From: the human T2T-CHM13v2.0 reference genome, Homo sapiens
Length of the DNA: 64,000 bases
Strand: one strand, 5' to 3'
Assembly: GCF_009914755.1 (NCBI RefSeq)
Contig: NC_060930.1
Shown: in pieces, positions 38,296 to 51,628 of the stretch
Numbering within the stretch: position 1 is the stretch's first letter
Layout: each line of letters opens with the position of its first letter
Made by a program: the position numbers and the translations under genes
The notes under the pieces: model-generated
Seen by the model: only the letters and a program-made list of their open reading frames with translations
Database searches by the model: none
What the model was told of the DNA's origin: nothing

Positions 38296-39633
38296 TCAGT
38301 GGGCTTTTATAATCTGAAAATGTATGTCTCTCAGTTTTGAATAATTTTCTTTTACTATGTCTTTCATAATTTCTTCCTCAATGTTTATTCTGTGCTCCCT
38401 TTAGGTAATTTCTACTAATTAGTTACTGTACTTCTTTTATTAATACTCTAAAGTTTTTTTTCTTTTCTTTATTATTGTCCTTCTTTATTCTCTTTGTTCT
38501 GCTTAGTGGAAGACTTCTTTAACTTTTATCTTGCAAGCCCATCATTGAATTTTTAATTTCATCTGTCATATCTTTAAAAGATCATTCTATTTTTTCTGAT
38601 TAATTCTTCTTTATAGCATTCTCTTCTTTTTGGGTGGATACAATAATTTGATCTTTTAAAAATATTAGTTATAATTCTGCTTCTGTATGTTTTGGTCTTT
38701 TTCTTATATATTGGAATCTTCTATATATGAACATCCTTAGTTATTTGCATATATTTAAGAATAAAAAACTAAAAATCTCATTAGATTCTGCTTTACATAT
38801 ATAATTAGAGTCCTTTGAGCATGGATTTTATCTAGGACAATTGAGTGGGTAAATTTCTTTTTAATGGATCACTTAAGTATTAAAAATAAACTATCATCTG
38901 TAAACATTGTATGTTTCTCCATTTACACAAATTTCCCTCTATATTCTTTAACCAAAAATTGAACACTGTTACATTTTTCTTCATAAATTACAAGTATATT
39001 TCTTTGGCAGATTAATTTCTGGGCAAATAATAGTTTATGTTATAAAGTTTTTTCTCCTTTTAAATTGTATATTCTAACATGTCATTTCTGGATATAAAAA
39101 TGATATTGAATTTTACCTGTTGATCTAATAATTGGCAACATCATTGAACTCTCAATTTTTCTAGGTTTCTTTATATTCTGTCTTATTTTTCATGTGGACA
39201 GCCATATCATCTGAAAATAGTAACAATATTATTTTCTTATTTCTAATTTTTCCACTTGTTATTTCCATTTTTATCTTTTTACATTCACTGTGATATCATC
39301 TTCTCTGTATTTATTGTTTCAGGTGGGTTTGGCTAGATCTCAGTCCCCTGCAAGGTTTCTAACAGAGTTCTTGGTACCATCCCTACCTAGTTCTCTCTTA
39401 TTTCCAACATTAGAAAACTAGGATTCCCTACATACAATGATAGCAGAGTTTTTCACTGGTCATCTCCCAGTCTGTCCTTCCACCCCCTCACACCACTGTT
39501 AATCCGCCTAAAGTGCTGTCCTTTCAAAGAACACTAAGCCATTGTTTTCCTATCTTTTCAGTTATTTTCTCCTGAGTTTTGCAATATCTGCCTGATTTGT
39601 AGGTTACTGGCAATGGTAGTTGCTTAGGAGTGT

Positions 39634-40284
39634 GTACCAGTTATCAACTTATTGCTTCTCAGTTCCAATCAACCCTTCGTCTGTTTGTGACACTAGGATA
39701 TTTTTCCCTCACCAGTTGCCTTGATATTAAGCTTTAACAGTAAAAGGTGCTGGAGAGACACTGAAGGAGGTGCTTTCCTCCTGGAGTTTGGTGATGCCTT
39801 CTCAGTTGGCTCCCCAGCAACCTGAAGCACAGGACTTCCTTTAGGCAGTTTATCCTGACAACCTAGAGGGCCATTACCCAGGACAATATCCAAGCAGGTG
39901 GCTTCTCAATGATTTCTTCAGCAGAGTGTCTTTCATGGATGGCTTCACCTGTCCCTCAGAGGGCACAGAGTTCTGACAGCACTTTAACAAAGTCTCCACT
40001 GTCCAGAGGGTCATGGCTGTACCCTTTCCAATGAGATCTGAATCTCTCCCCAGGTTGGGGGGAGGCAGATGATGGGATCTTCCAGACTTGCTCCTTACTT
40101 GGAGGCTCTGCCTTAGCCCTAGAGGCAGGGCTGCTACCATATCTGTTATCCCTTTATTTATTAGAGTTTTGTTGACTTTTTAGTAGCAATTCTCTGTTAT
40201 TATTAACACTTATTTATATTAGATTTTTCCTGTTGATATGGCTATGTGGGATTTCTGTCTTTTGATTAAACCCTGAATAATATA
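39634..40284 (+). mobile_element. ERVL solo LTR (LTR33-like)
   Basis: Starts 'tgtaccagttatcaacttattgcttctcagttcc' and ends 'tttctgtcttttgattaaaccctgaataatata', similar to recalled LTR33 termini. Confidence 0.6.
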
Positions 40285-40891
40285 AGGTATAACCTTTTTA
40301 TTATCACTTTATCTACAGACCTATGGTGACCATACCTCTCAGAATCCACTTCACCTGTTGTTTTTCCCCTTTTTATTTATTTGTTTGTGTGTGTTGTTTT
40401 TGTTTTTGATGTTGTTTTGGCCAGGTATTCATTGGGACTTTTCTACAAATATAAAAATAAGAACGTGACAGTGGTGGTAGTAGTACAGCAGGGTTTTAGA
40501 ATTTAGGGATTGGAGTGAATTTAATCAGATTTCTATTGGGAATCTACTCTTAGGGAAGAACTTACAGGTCTTAAAGGATTACCAGATATCTAAATAGGAA
40601 TATTCATTCCTTTGTTCTGTGTGTGTATGTGCATTTCCCAACTAAGTGTTTTGTAATGCTTCTTGCTCCCCAGACCTTATTAACTTACGATGTTCAAAGC
40701 ATAATATCAGCGTGATGGCAAGGCCTATTTAGAGTGTTGTACATCATGGAATATTAAAGGAAACATTTATCCTTCTGTGTGGCTAATATGCACCTCTTCA
40801 AAGTAGAAACTGAAACTTTCTTTCCCAGCTTCCGTGCAAGTAGAAACTAGTCATGTGACCTCTTTTTGCCAATCAGGTATACTCTCATGAG

Positions 40892-42039
40892 GGATGAATC
40901 CAGGTATTGTGTGAACTAAAGCTTATACAATTATAGGCGCCTCTTTTAAGAAAAAGAATACATTACAAATACAAAGTAATGCACAAAATATATTTATTTA
41001 AAATGAGAAAAGGAATTACAATTAATTATAAATTTGAAAAAGTTGACAAATTACTAACATACATTTTTAATTAAATGACCTCTTGTCATACCTGTATAAA
41101 TGCTCTCTTTCCCGTGTTACATGAATTCTCTTTGCTTCTTCATGGGAATATATTATTTTCTTATTTTCTATTTAAAAATTAAAATGTATTTTAGTCTTCC
41201 CATTGATAAGTTAGATCAATATTTGTTTTTTATTTATTTGGGATGTATACAACATTCACACACAAATGTGCTTACTGTTTGTAGTACTGCCATAGGTCAA
41301 CTTTATTAATATTTATTAATCTTAATACATTCTAGTTCATGGATTCCCATCAATACAAGAAAAATATATTTGTTGCATTGATAATTATACATGTCACATT
41401 ATGAAGTGTATATCTAATAAGAGAAAACTTTCCTTTTGACTTGACATTGATGATAACCAGATCATCTGCTTACAATATTATAGATCTAATGACTGGAAGA
41501 ATTTGCCCCAGACTAGCTTCCTATTCAATCCTTGTTCTCCTCCATTACCCACACACCTATGGTGGTGCCCCTACAAGACATATTCATATTGTATGGCCTC
41601 TGGCCCTGCAGCTTTGTGTCATAATGCCAGATGAGTCAGTACTCAGTACCATGGGCAACAGGAATTTTTCTGGAAGCCATTCCTATACCAGGATGGTTGT
41701 CAATAGTTTAGTTTAATTCCTCCCAGAGTGCCTCAAAACTACACAAACATATCCCATTAAATGCTAAGTAAGTATCCTAATTTCATTTTCTGTTAGATTC
41801 CAAAAATTCTTGGGGCCACTTCAAAACCATCTGACATAGGAAAAAGTGTTACGGAGGGGAAACTGAAATAGAAGAAAACAGCAGTCTTAACTTATTGAGA
41901 TTGGAATACCTTACTTTTCCACATTTTACAAAAATGTGTGACCCAAAGGAATACATTACTTGAACCACCCCCGAGGTTTTGGAAGGAATCCACGCAAGTC
42001 AGCATAAGCCTCAGTAGCTTCATGGAAATCCTGCCTCTG
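40892..42039. mobile_element. hAT DNA element (~1.15 kb) with MER53-like ends, inserted in an old LTR
   Basis: Ends 'ggatgaatccaggtattgtgtgaactaaagcttatacaatt' and 'agcttcatggaaatcctgcctctg'; 8-bp TSD (c/t)tcatgag at 40884-40891 and 42040-42047. Confidence 0.6.
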
Positions 42040-42429
42040 TTCATGAGATCAATTTTGGAAGACAGCTCTGTGAAGAAGTAAGGCTCCTCCTAGAATTCAT
42101 TTCAATGAAGTGGCCAGAGAGATCCCAAGTCCAGAGACAGAATAACAGGAGTCTTCATGCTGGCATCTCTGCCCCAGTTGGCAGGGCACTCTGAAATGTC
42201 TATGCTTGGCAGTGGAAATGACAGCATCTGCTGAGGTCGCCCAGTGGTGCAACTTGGGCATCATTTCTGGCTGTGACATCCCCAAACCTATGAAATTCTT
42301 TTTTCTGCACAAACTAAACTACTTAGAAGAGAATCTGTTATCTCTAAATTAAAAAAAAAAAAAACTGTTAAAGTAAATGAGCCTGACCCCTTCAACCTGC
42401 AAATTGTCAAAGTAATTGGATGAGAAGTT

Positions 42430-42865
42430 ATTCTTGCCTGAACCCTGAGCCCATCAGGTTCTTTTGTATGTGCTCTGGAACTGCATTCTTTCTTTCAAAG
42501 CACTCATTTCAGTTTTATTGCACATTTTTATGTGATTAATTGACATCTGTTTTCCAAAACATTAAGAATCCTGAGATCAGGGACTATGTCTATTTTAGTT
42601 ACTGGTACTTATCTCCTGGCATGTAGCAGGTGTTCAATAAATGTTAACTGAAAGAAAATGAAAGTGCTTATTAAATGAATCTACTTTCCTCTTTTATATT
42701 TGTACCCTGCACTTACCATTATTACCACATTTAACACATTCTATTGAAATTATCTGTTTATGCATCTGCACACTCTATTAGATTATAAGCTCTTAGAAGG
42801 CCAATATTATTTCTGAACTATCTAAAAATCTCCTGTTAAGTACTCAACACATGTTTATTGAACTG
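42430..42865 (+). mobile_element. Two tandem L2 3'-end fragments
   Basis: 'cctggcatgtagcaggtgttcaataaatgttaactgaa' and 'ctattagattataagctcttagaagg...tactcaacacatgtttattgaactga'. Confidence 0.6.
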
Positions 42866-45857
42866 ATCTATGCCATTAACTGGAAATTAGTATCTCTGCC
42901 ATGAATCCCAAATGGCTTACTTAACTTCTTTGAGAGTCCACGTTTTTTTATTTGTAAAGAAGCTATTCTAGAGATGATCTCTTAGAATACTTACCAGTAA
43001 CATGTAAAAGTTATACGATTCTAAATACAAAATATATTCTCATATCTCAAAATGCTAACAATATCTTAAACAATTTAAATGAAAACAAAAGGCCTTTGGG
43101 GTACATTTGAAGATGTGGGAAGAAATTTCATTAAAATACATAGGATGAAAATGTGTTTATTATTTGATTTTTGCTCAACAGATTTATAGACAATAAAATG
43201 TTTGTTCAGTGAAGCCAACTTGAATAGCCATTAAAAAGTTTATGCTCTTTTGGGACCATGTGGAAAAATTCCAAAAATGTAAGTGTATTATTTTAGAAAA
43301 TAAAGTAGTTTGTCCTTCTTGGGAATTTTAGAAATATTATTATGCCTGCTGGATAATATTACCATATACAAAGATCTGAAGGTTTCTTTCAGGAATTTAA
43401 TATCATACTCGAAAAATAACATATTAGATGTTTGGATACCTTGACTATTTAGTATGTCTCACTTTTAACAAATTTGATTTCTACTAAAGAATAAAACATA
43501 TGTATATTTGAATGACTCAGTTGTAGCTTTCACTGGCTCTTATAAATGCAAATTTTATATTGAGTCTGCAAAAAACCACCACTGGAAAATCCAACCCAGA
43601 CACAGAAAAGTATCTTGAAATAGTCTATTAACATGAAATAATGTTTTCCCCATAAATGAAAGCTTTCTCCCATTTAGTTTTATTGCAATCTCCAAATTAA
43701 ATAATTAATGAGCAATACTTTACTGAAAACTGTACAGTAGTTAGTGGCACTTACTCCAGAGCCTGAGAATAAGTTTCATAAATCAAATAGTTAATCGGAA
43801 TCTTTCAAAGAAATAGAAGAGAAAACGAAGGCAATCTGAGGGGAGAATGGGTAAATGAGAGTAGCTGCTGTATTTTCTTCTCACACCGACATGCAGAAAA
43901 TGTCCCTTAGTCAACAATATAAAAATAGAATAAAGCATATTACCTCTAGCTATTTCCAATTTCCCTTTTCAAACAATTGTGAGAGTGAAAAATATAAGGT
44001 ATGTGGATGGTTTGCTAAAAAGATCTAACATTGAAAAACACTAACAGGGACCATGAAGCTTTAAAGATCACCCTGCCTAGACTGCCAACATATCTAATGG
44101 AGAGGGGTAATCATTGTTTAATGGAAAAGCAAGAGAAAAGCAATTTTAAATTAAAATTTTGCTAGGGAAAGGTTGTATATCCTTTGGCCTACTTATTTAA
44201 GAAAACTTATACCTAAAAGTCAGAAAGTGCCTTTAAATGCCAACTTGTATTTTATTTTCCTTTGAGAGTCAGCTTAGAGTTTCCAACAGCAACAACAATT
44301 ATTCAGCAATTCAAATTCCAACAACAATTTCCATAAGAGTTATAACATGCCATACTTGGTAACTAAAGCATCCTTTGGCTTAGCATGTTCTTACCTGAGT
44401 ATTTAAAGGATTTTTTTCTGTTCCTGTCTTTTATAGAAACAGTAAAAAATATACTCGTGGGCACTGCCCTTTCAATGCCACTCTTGTACCTGATGCTATA
44501 ACACAACAGTGTACTTCCAAGCTTAGGCTGTTCCATTATCCTTCTCTCTTGTCTGAAACAGAGCTACACTGGAATTCTTGATTCTGACATTCAATCGCAG
44601 GAAAATGTAGGAGTATGATTGTGCTGACTGTAAATCTCAAAAAGGAATGCAAATGGCTCAGAGGTAGACCAACCTCACTGTAATTTAGGAAATCTAACAA
44701 TCAAAAGAGAATATTCTTAAGCAGAGAAAGACACATTTTACAGCACTGCTTTCCAGATACAAAAAAGGAATGGGGTTCCTTGGTATCAAATTTTATATCA
44801 TATTTTAACATTTATGCCAATTAAACTTTAAAAGATTAAAAATCAAAAATAAAAATAATTCATGGTTAAGATGAAATTAAAAGTCTGCTTTCAGACTCAG
44901 TAGAAATAATTCAAAAAATGATACATCAAATCATGGCACATTTAACAAGGTTAGGAAGAAACTGTAGGGGAACAAAAAACTATAGGAAATGTTCATTGCA
45001 TCTTGGGTTCATTGTTAAAGAAATAATATATAATTCTAGCTATTAAACTCCTAGCCTTTAATCCTATAGCATATTTCTCCAATCAGGTGGCTGGCTATGG
45101 AAATTTATTTACACCAATTGGTAATTCCCTTAGCAAAAGTTAAATTATTATGCAATTTCACATTTCACCAAAGAGAAAAACAATGAAAACGAAATTTATA
45201 AACAAAACCAGAAAAGTTTTACTCCACATGAAGGAAAAAAAACACAATTGCTATGGTTCTTGTATTCCCTATTCAGCTACTTCAGCGCTGTGCATAAACT
45301 TTTGTAGTCAGCACACACGTAGAATTTAATATGGCATTTCTTAACTGTTTATTTTTCTAGACATCTTCATTCTTTTTCCCAACTAGTATTTCTTAACATA
45401 TAGGAAAATTAATACTCAGTCCCCTGGTATAAATAAAAAATTTATGCTTTTAAAAGCATGTATTTACATTTTATATTAAATTTTTATATTTAAACATTAA
45501 ATATTTGTTTTTGTTTATAATATTTATTTTTACATTTAAATATTAAATACTGTATTAAACTTTTAAATGGGAAATATTTCTAAGTTGCTAACTAGAATCC
45601 ATTTGAGCTATGCTAAAACATGAATATTTGCTTCATAGTTTTTTATTGAATATTTTAAATGTTCTTTTTCTATTTAAAAAGCTATGCATGTAGTTTGAGT
45701 TGTCGTCAATATATATAATTATGGGAGTCACCAGGAATCCTGTACTCTGTAAGGGAAAATGCAGGTCCCCTCTGGTTAGTCTAGAAATGTTTCATGGAAG
45801 AGCAGAAATTTGGTGTCAGCTTAACAACAGGAGAGACATACTTTGGCAGATTTGTTT

Positions 45858-46282
45858 TGTTAAATTAAATTAAAATGGACACTGGGCCTAGAGAATCTCT
45901 GAGCAGACAAAGCCACTTAGACCTCATAAGTAACCTTAGTCTTGCTTGATTTGCAAACATAAGTGAAACTTAACTTGAGCTATTTCTTGTAAATGCCTAT
46001 ATTAAAGAAAAATTAAACTTAAGGATAACCAATCAGAAGCTGACAAGTAATTTATATAATTTAGGAGCTTTTCAGCAGAATAGACAAATAAGGCAACTGT
46101 ATAACTATAACCAATCAAGTATTTTCTTGACTTTACTTCCATGTTCACCCTATAAAAGCCTCTCCTTGTGTTACCTGAGCTGAGCCTCCAAACCACTCCT
46201 GGTTTAAAGCTGCCTAATTCATGAATCACTGCTTACTCAAATAACCTCGTTAAAGTTTTATACCTCAGTTTACCTTTTTACA
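45858..46282 (+). mobile_element. ERV1 solo LTR (MER57/MER4-group-like)
   Basis: TG..CA termini with a 4-bp TSD gttt on both sides; two CCAAT boxes (46029, 46111) and a TATAAAA near 46151. Confidence 0.7.
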
Positions 46283-47144
46283 GTTTGAAAGAGAAAAAAT
46301 ATCTAATTAAGGCTTATGAGGCTGTTTTCCTAAAGGTTTGCCATTTGGACTCAAATGACTGTATCATGGGAGCTTGGGACAGATTTGTCTAATATGATCA
46401 AAGACTCATGAATCAAAGAATAGAAACCAAGAAAATTTAGTTCCAGGCTTGCTCCATGAGGCTCTGCTGTACAGTATGTGACTCTTTGCATTCTGGAGAA
46501 CATAATCAGCAACAAGTCACTGCAAAGCTTTGACGGCAGATGGGAAAAAGCATTTTAGGAAGAATTTTTGCCCCTTTTAAGGGGTAAAACGATAGGTGAA
46601 GAAAACAATGCCGACCACACAATGACAGTGGAAACTGGAAGGCAGGTGAAGTCAAGGAGTCTGGGAAAAGTGGGAGAGGTATGAGGGGAAAAGATGAAAC
46701 AAAAATGAAATTTGGTCTTGCAATAAAGTACATGTACAGAATAAAGAATGCAGAAGAGGTAAAAATAACACTAGCCTGTGGCTTGAAACAGGAGACTGAT
46801 GATGATACCACTGCTCTGATCAACAGTGGGGCAGAGCAGAGGACATGGAAAAGAGATACGTTACTGTTCTTTGCATCTCCCATTGCCATGGAATTGCCAT
46901 CCCCATCTGTCCTGTATTCAGGGTACTAAAAATCCAGAGAGTGAGCAGGTAAAAGGAAAATTACATTTATACTTCAAAGCTCTTGCTATCATGTGAGGCC
47001 AACGCTTACCATGTTACTGCCTTGCTGTTTCTCTCCTGTCCTTAACACTCTGTCACTGACAATTGCCCCTCAGGCTGTTGTTTCTGAGTACAGCAGCAGT
47101 TCTTTAGCTGTGATGTCTCCTTCTATTGTTTTAATCATCTATGG

Positions 47145-47405
47145 TCCCAAAATACTACATACAATTTTCCACACAAAAAGATATTTCGAGAGAGAGAGAC
47201 CACATTCACATAACTTTTATTACAGTATACTGTTATCATTGTTCGATTTTCTTATTAGCTATTGTTAATTTCTCCTTGTGGTTATCATTGTTAATCTCTT
47301 GTTGTGCCTAACTTATAAATTAAACTTTATCATAGGTATGTATAGGATGTATAGGAAAAAAGTATAGTGTTTATAGGGATCATTACAATCTGCAGTTTCA
47401 GGCAC
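47145..47405 (+). mobile_element. Tigger4/MER46-like fragment
   Basis: 'gagagagaccacattcacataacttttattacagtata...taaattaaactttatcataggtatgtata...ctgcagtttcaggca'. Confidence 0.65.
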
Positions 47406-49004
47406 AAGCATGCATGCACAGACATATACACCTTCCAAAGCCAGAAAACAGTATCAGAATTAAATGTTAAAAACTATTTCATTAATTCCCCCTTAATGTT
47501 ATTTTGTGGAATGACTTTTGCTTTCTGTACTTCATCATATGAAAAATTTCTTTGTAATCCCTTTCATTTGTTTCACCCATACCACGTCATAAACAGTTCA
47601 AGATCCCGGTAAATGAGAAGAAATGTTCCTATTTCATCCTTAGTCAATCTACTCTCTACTGTGGTACTAAAGAAAAAAAAATCACAGTCAGTTCAACCCA
47701 TTTTTAAACAACAGACATGCAAAAGAAGAGCTGTTTGGGGGTCCTGGATTAAGTTTGCTGTATTTTCAAAGAGCCATACACTGTGCTGAAGGAACAGCAA
47801 TGCAAGCATGCCATGGAGAAAAAGGCAAAATAAAAAGAGCTACTCTCAGACTGAGCATCTAAGAGCCAGCTCCCATTATAAGCTAAGTACCTCTACTTTG
47901 GGACAGACAACAGATAATCTAAGTAACCCAAATATTGAACTGACTTAACCAAATAGGCAACAAATTATATCAAAGAGAAGAAATGAAATAGCAGGGAAAA
48001 TAGAAAACTACTCAGGAAATTGTTTATTTGAGAAATGTGATCATAGTCACAAGAATGCTTGTCTTTAATGTATTTGGCTAAGACATCATCTTAGCAAGCA
48101 GCTGTTGTCCTTTGAAACAGTAAAAAGAAGGAAGTTCTTCCAGTGGGAGAGGAGGTGATGGTATTTTAGTCAGAAGAGTAAGGAAATAGTAAAATCCTGG
48201 CATGTCTAATACACTTGCCTTACATAATGCTCTAAGCCAATTAATTTGATCGGACTCTATGCTGAGCTCAAAGTTAAAATAAATAGGAGAGCAGAACTTG
48301 ACCAGTGAATATACCTAATCTAACATGGCCAATAGAATTAAGTCAGCCGCCAATAAACTTGGAACTGGGTCCAGGAATGAACAAAACTTAAAAATTTAAC
48401 AAAATTTAAATTTGTTTTACTACCATCAGATAAGATTTTTGTCAGGTTTGTTTTAAACTTTAACGTGTTCACAAAGAATTGTGAGTAAAAATTTCACATG
48501 GAAGGTACATGGGAAGATCATAATTTATACCTAATCAAGACAGTTACATAAACTCTAAATTATTTTAGGAGCTGATTCTTGTGGGAAAGATGGCTTATTC
48601 TCTCCTGCAAGCTATGGCTGCCTTTCTCTTTTGAAGTTCTTATTAGAGAAGCTATCCATGGCTCATTCCATTTGACTTCAGACAAGTTATTCCAGTGTTT
48701 TCTACACACGTAATGTGAATCCCTGAATAGCTACAGAAGGGTTACAGCTTGTTCAGCTGTACATTTTTTAACTCTGTCTTCTCTTAGGAAAGTGCAAGAG
48801 CCAATTGAACATTCAATTTTCTCTTTGAGTGTGGTAGGACTTTTGGACTCTCCTCTTGTTCTTTGGTGTCCTTTAAGGAAAAACAGCAAATTGGGAATTG
48901 ACATAAATCAACAATTGGAAACAGACAGTTACTTTGGAAGGGACCTTGGAATTTATATGATGAAATCTTTCATCCATTTATCAATCCTTTTAAAAACATT
49001 TTTG

Positions 49005-49300
49005 GGCCAGGCGCAGTGGCTCATGCCTGTAATCCCAGCACTTTGGGAGGCCGAGGCAGTTGGATCACGAGGTCAGGAGTTCAAGACCAGCCTGGCCAAG
49101 ATGGTGAAACCCTGTCTCTACTAAAAATACAAAAATTAGCGGGGCCTGGTGGCACGCGCCTGTAATCCCAGCTACTTAGGAGGCTGAGGCAGAGAACTGC
49201 TTAAACCCGGGAGGAGGAGGTTGCAGTGAGCCAAGATCGTGCCACTGCACTCCAGCCTGGGCGACAGAGCAAGACTCCGTCTCAAAAAAAAAAAAAAAAA
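49005..49300 (+). mobile_element. AluS (Sg-like), full length
   Basis: Dimeric Alu with 'ggatcacgaggtcaggagttcaagacc' and a poly(A) tail. Confidence 0.95.
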
Positions 49301-51628
49301 TTTGGAGAGAGTTTTCAATTTCGGCTTTGAAATCCTTTAGTGGTAGGAAGCTCCTTATCTCACAAGGGAATCTATTTAACAATTTTCCAACTGTGTTTAG
49401 AAAGTTGCTTCTTAAAAGAAGTCAAAAGCTACCGCTCTAAAACTCCTAACCATGAATCTTACTTCTGCCCTCTAAAGCAAAAAGCGCAAAGTAATTGCCT
49501 TATTTATACAGCAATCCTTCAAATATTGAAAGACTCTTATTTCCTTGTATAGTCTTCTCTTCTCCATGCTAGTCATCCTAAGCTACTTTCTATGTATTTC
49601 CACAATTACATCCACTTAACAAAGTCGTTGTGAGTACTCAGTGAGTGAAAGTTCTGCACAAAAGCTGGAAGGTAGTAAGCATGTTTACAGTTGTTCAAAA
49701 TGTGAAATTACTAGTACAAAAAGATTTCTAGGTCTTGTTTTCTCTGTCTACATTTCTGAAGAAATCAGAAATCCTTTTGGGAACACTGTCTAATTTGTAA
49801 ATATTGATATCCTTCTTCAGACTTGTTGAGTAGAACTTAATGTAATCTTTCAATTGAATAGTGGTCAGAGCAAAAGTCTTGCACTTTACTTTTGATGATC
49901 AGGACCTGAGCACTCACTGTATCCTTTTGTGTGTAAGGAATCAACCCATCATTTTGTTAGCCTTTCTGGAAGCAACAGAAAATGGCTAGCTCATTTAAAT
50001 GCCCTAAATTATTTTCATTTGAACTACTACTAAACCAGTTTGCTTCCTTTTTTAATTTTGCAACATTTGATAACAGTTCTATAATGAGCTACAGGAAAAT
50101 TAACTCATGACTAAGATTTAGATTTAATTTATTTATCCTCTATTTCTGTCATTAAAAACAATAATTAAAGCATATATGAAAAAATAGACCACGAACAGAT
50201 AAAATATATTCTGTACTGACAAGTATCTTTATGAAAGTAATTCCTAGAAAAAAAATTGGCAAATGTTTCAAATTAAACTAAGATGTTTGCTTATGGACAC
50301 CTTAAAATCACCTTGCAAAGAGATTTATTTTGTTTTATATCACTTATTATTTTGCATGAATATTCAGAACTATTTAAATATCTAGATAAGAAAACAAATT
50401 TTATTTAGACAACTTCGACTTCTGCTTGCCAGTAATTATATACAAGACTCCTTTGCCTAGTTGGTTTCATATATAATGATCAAATACCTTCCAAAGACAG
50501 CCATCTCCATTTTCCACTCATCAGCTTAATAGATTAATAATATTCAAAAATTTCCTGTGTTTATAGGAATAGAAATATTTTAAGTAATGGGCCAACAAAT
50601 TTTATTACCTTTAGAGAAAGTGATATACTATAAATAGAAAAAAATTAACAGTTGTTAACTTCCAAAGGAAATATTGTCAATGTAATAACAATACATTGTC
50701 TGCAATTTTCTCTGGAAGAGAGAAACCCACTATTTAGACAAATGTAACAGGTCACTAAGTTTGCTTAATATTTTAGTTGTAAGTTTTATTTATTACTTTC
50801 TGAGAACTGCAGCTGTTTATATGTTCAACAGAATATAGGAAGAAGAACTGGTGGTCACATCTGGTTATTTACTCCATTGATACTAAATTATAAAGACAAT
50901 ATAATTAGCCAAGTTGTTGAATTATCTAGAAGAAGAAAAAAAAACACTTCTCCATCTGTGAAGTTTTAGATGCAGGGAAACCATGTTGATGGCTTGAACT
51001 CTATTCTTGCTTAATGATGAAAAGAATCTACCAATCAAGTCAACATATAGGCATGGGGACATTTTACAGATGTGAGACAATCCTCCAATATTTGTGCATA
51101 TTTGGTGAAGAATAAAAGGCAATTCTATTTTTAGAGTATCTTAATTTCCAAATGATAGAATTTTACCCTGAAACATGTATATTTCATGACATTTCACCAT
51201 TTTTTGACATTTATATTACTAGTATTCATGAATGTCAGCTTCTATATTATGCAAGTGCTATAACATGACAACAATTTTATTTGCGTATTTATTTATATCT
51301 CTGTTTTTAAAGAAATTAGATTTGGCATTTTATAATGGATCAAACAATATTTCAGGATGAAAATTTAAAATAAGACAGATAAATGGGTAAAATGGGTAGA
51401 AATACAAAGCAGAGAAAAGAGTAAAGTTTGTTCAAAAAACATGCACTCATAATCTTAGTTGCTGGTGGGAAGAAGAAAATAATTACTTGTAAGCCTCATG
51501 GTAACACAAATTATCTTTTTTATTTGCTCAAGAATAACAATTATGCTTTATTCTTTGGCCAGAAAACAATTTCTTTCATGAGGTCATTCACTGGGAGAAT
51601 ACTGTGAAATGTAATACAATCAACAACA

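Noticed and set aside
42995-43020. Possible 26-nt minus-strand microexon (tttag...ACTG|GTAAGT)
   Set aside because: It adjoins a decayed MIR-like repeat, and similar GTAAGT donors occur nearby (for example 42711) by chance; unsupported.
46506-47268. 82-127 aa ORFs
   Set aside because: Low-complexity composition, no homology recognised, and partly running into a Tigger4 fragment.
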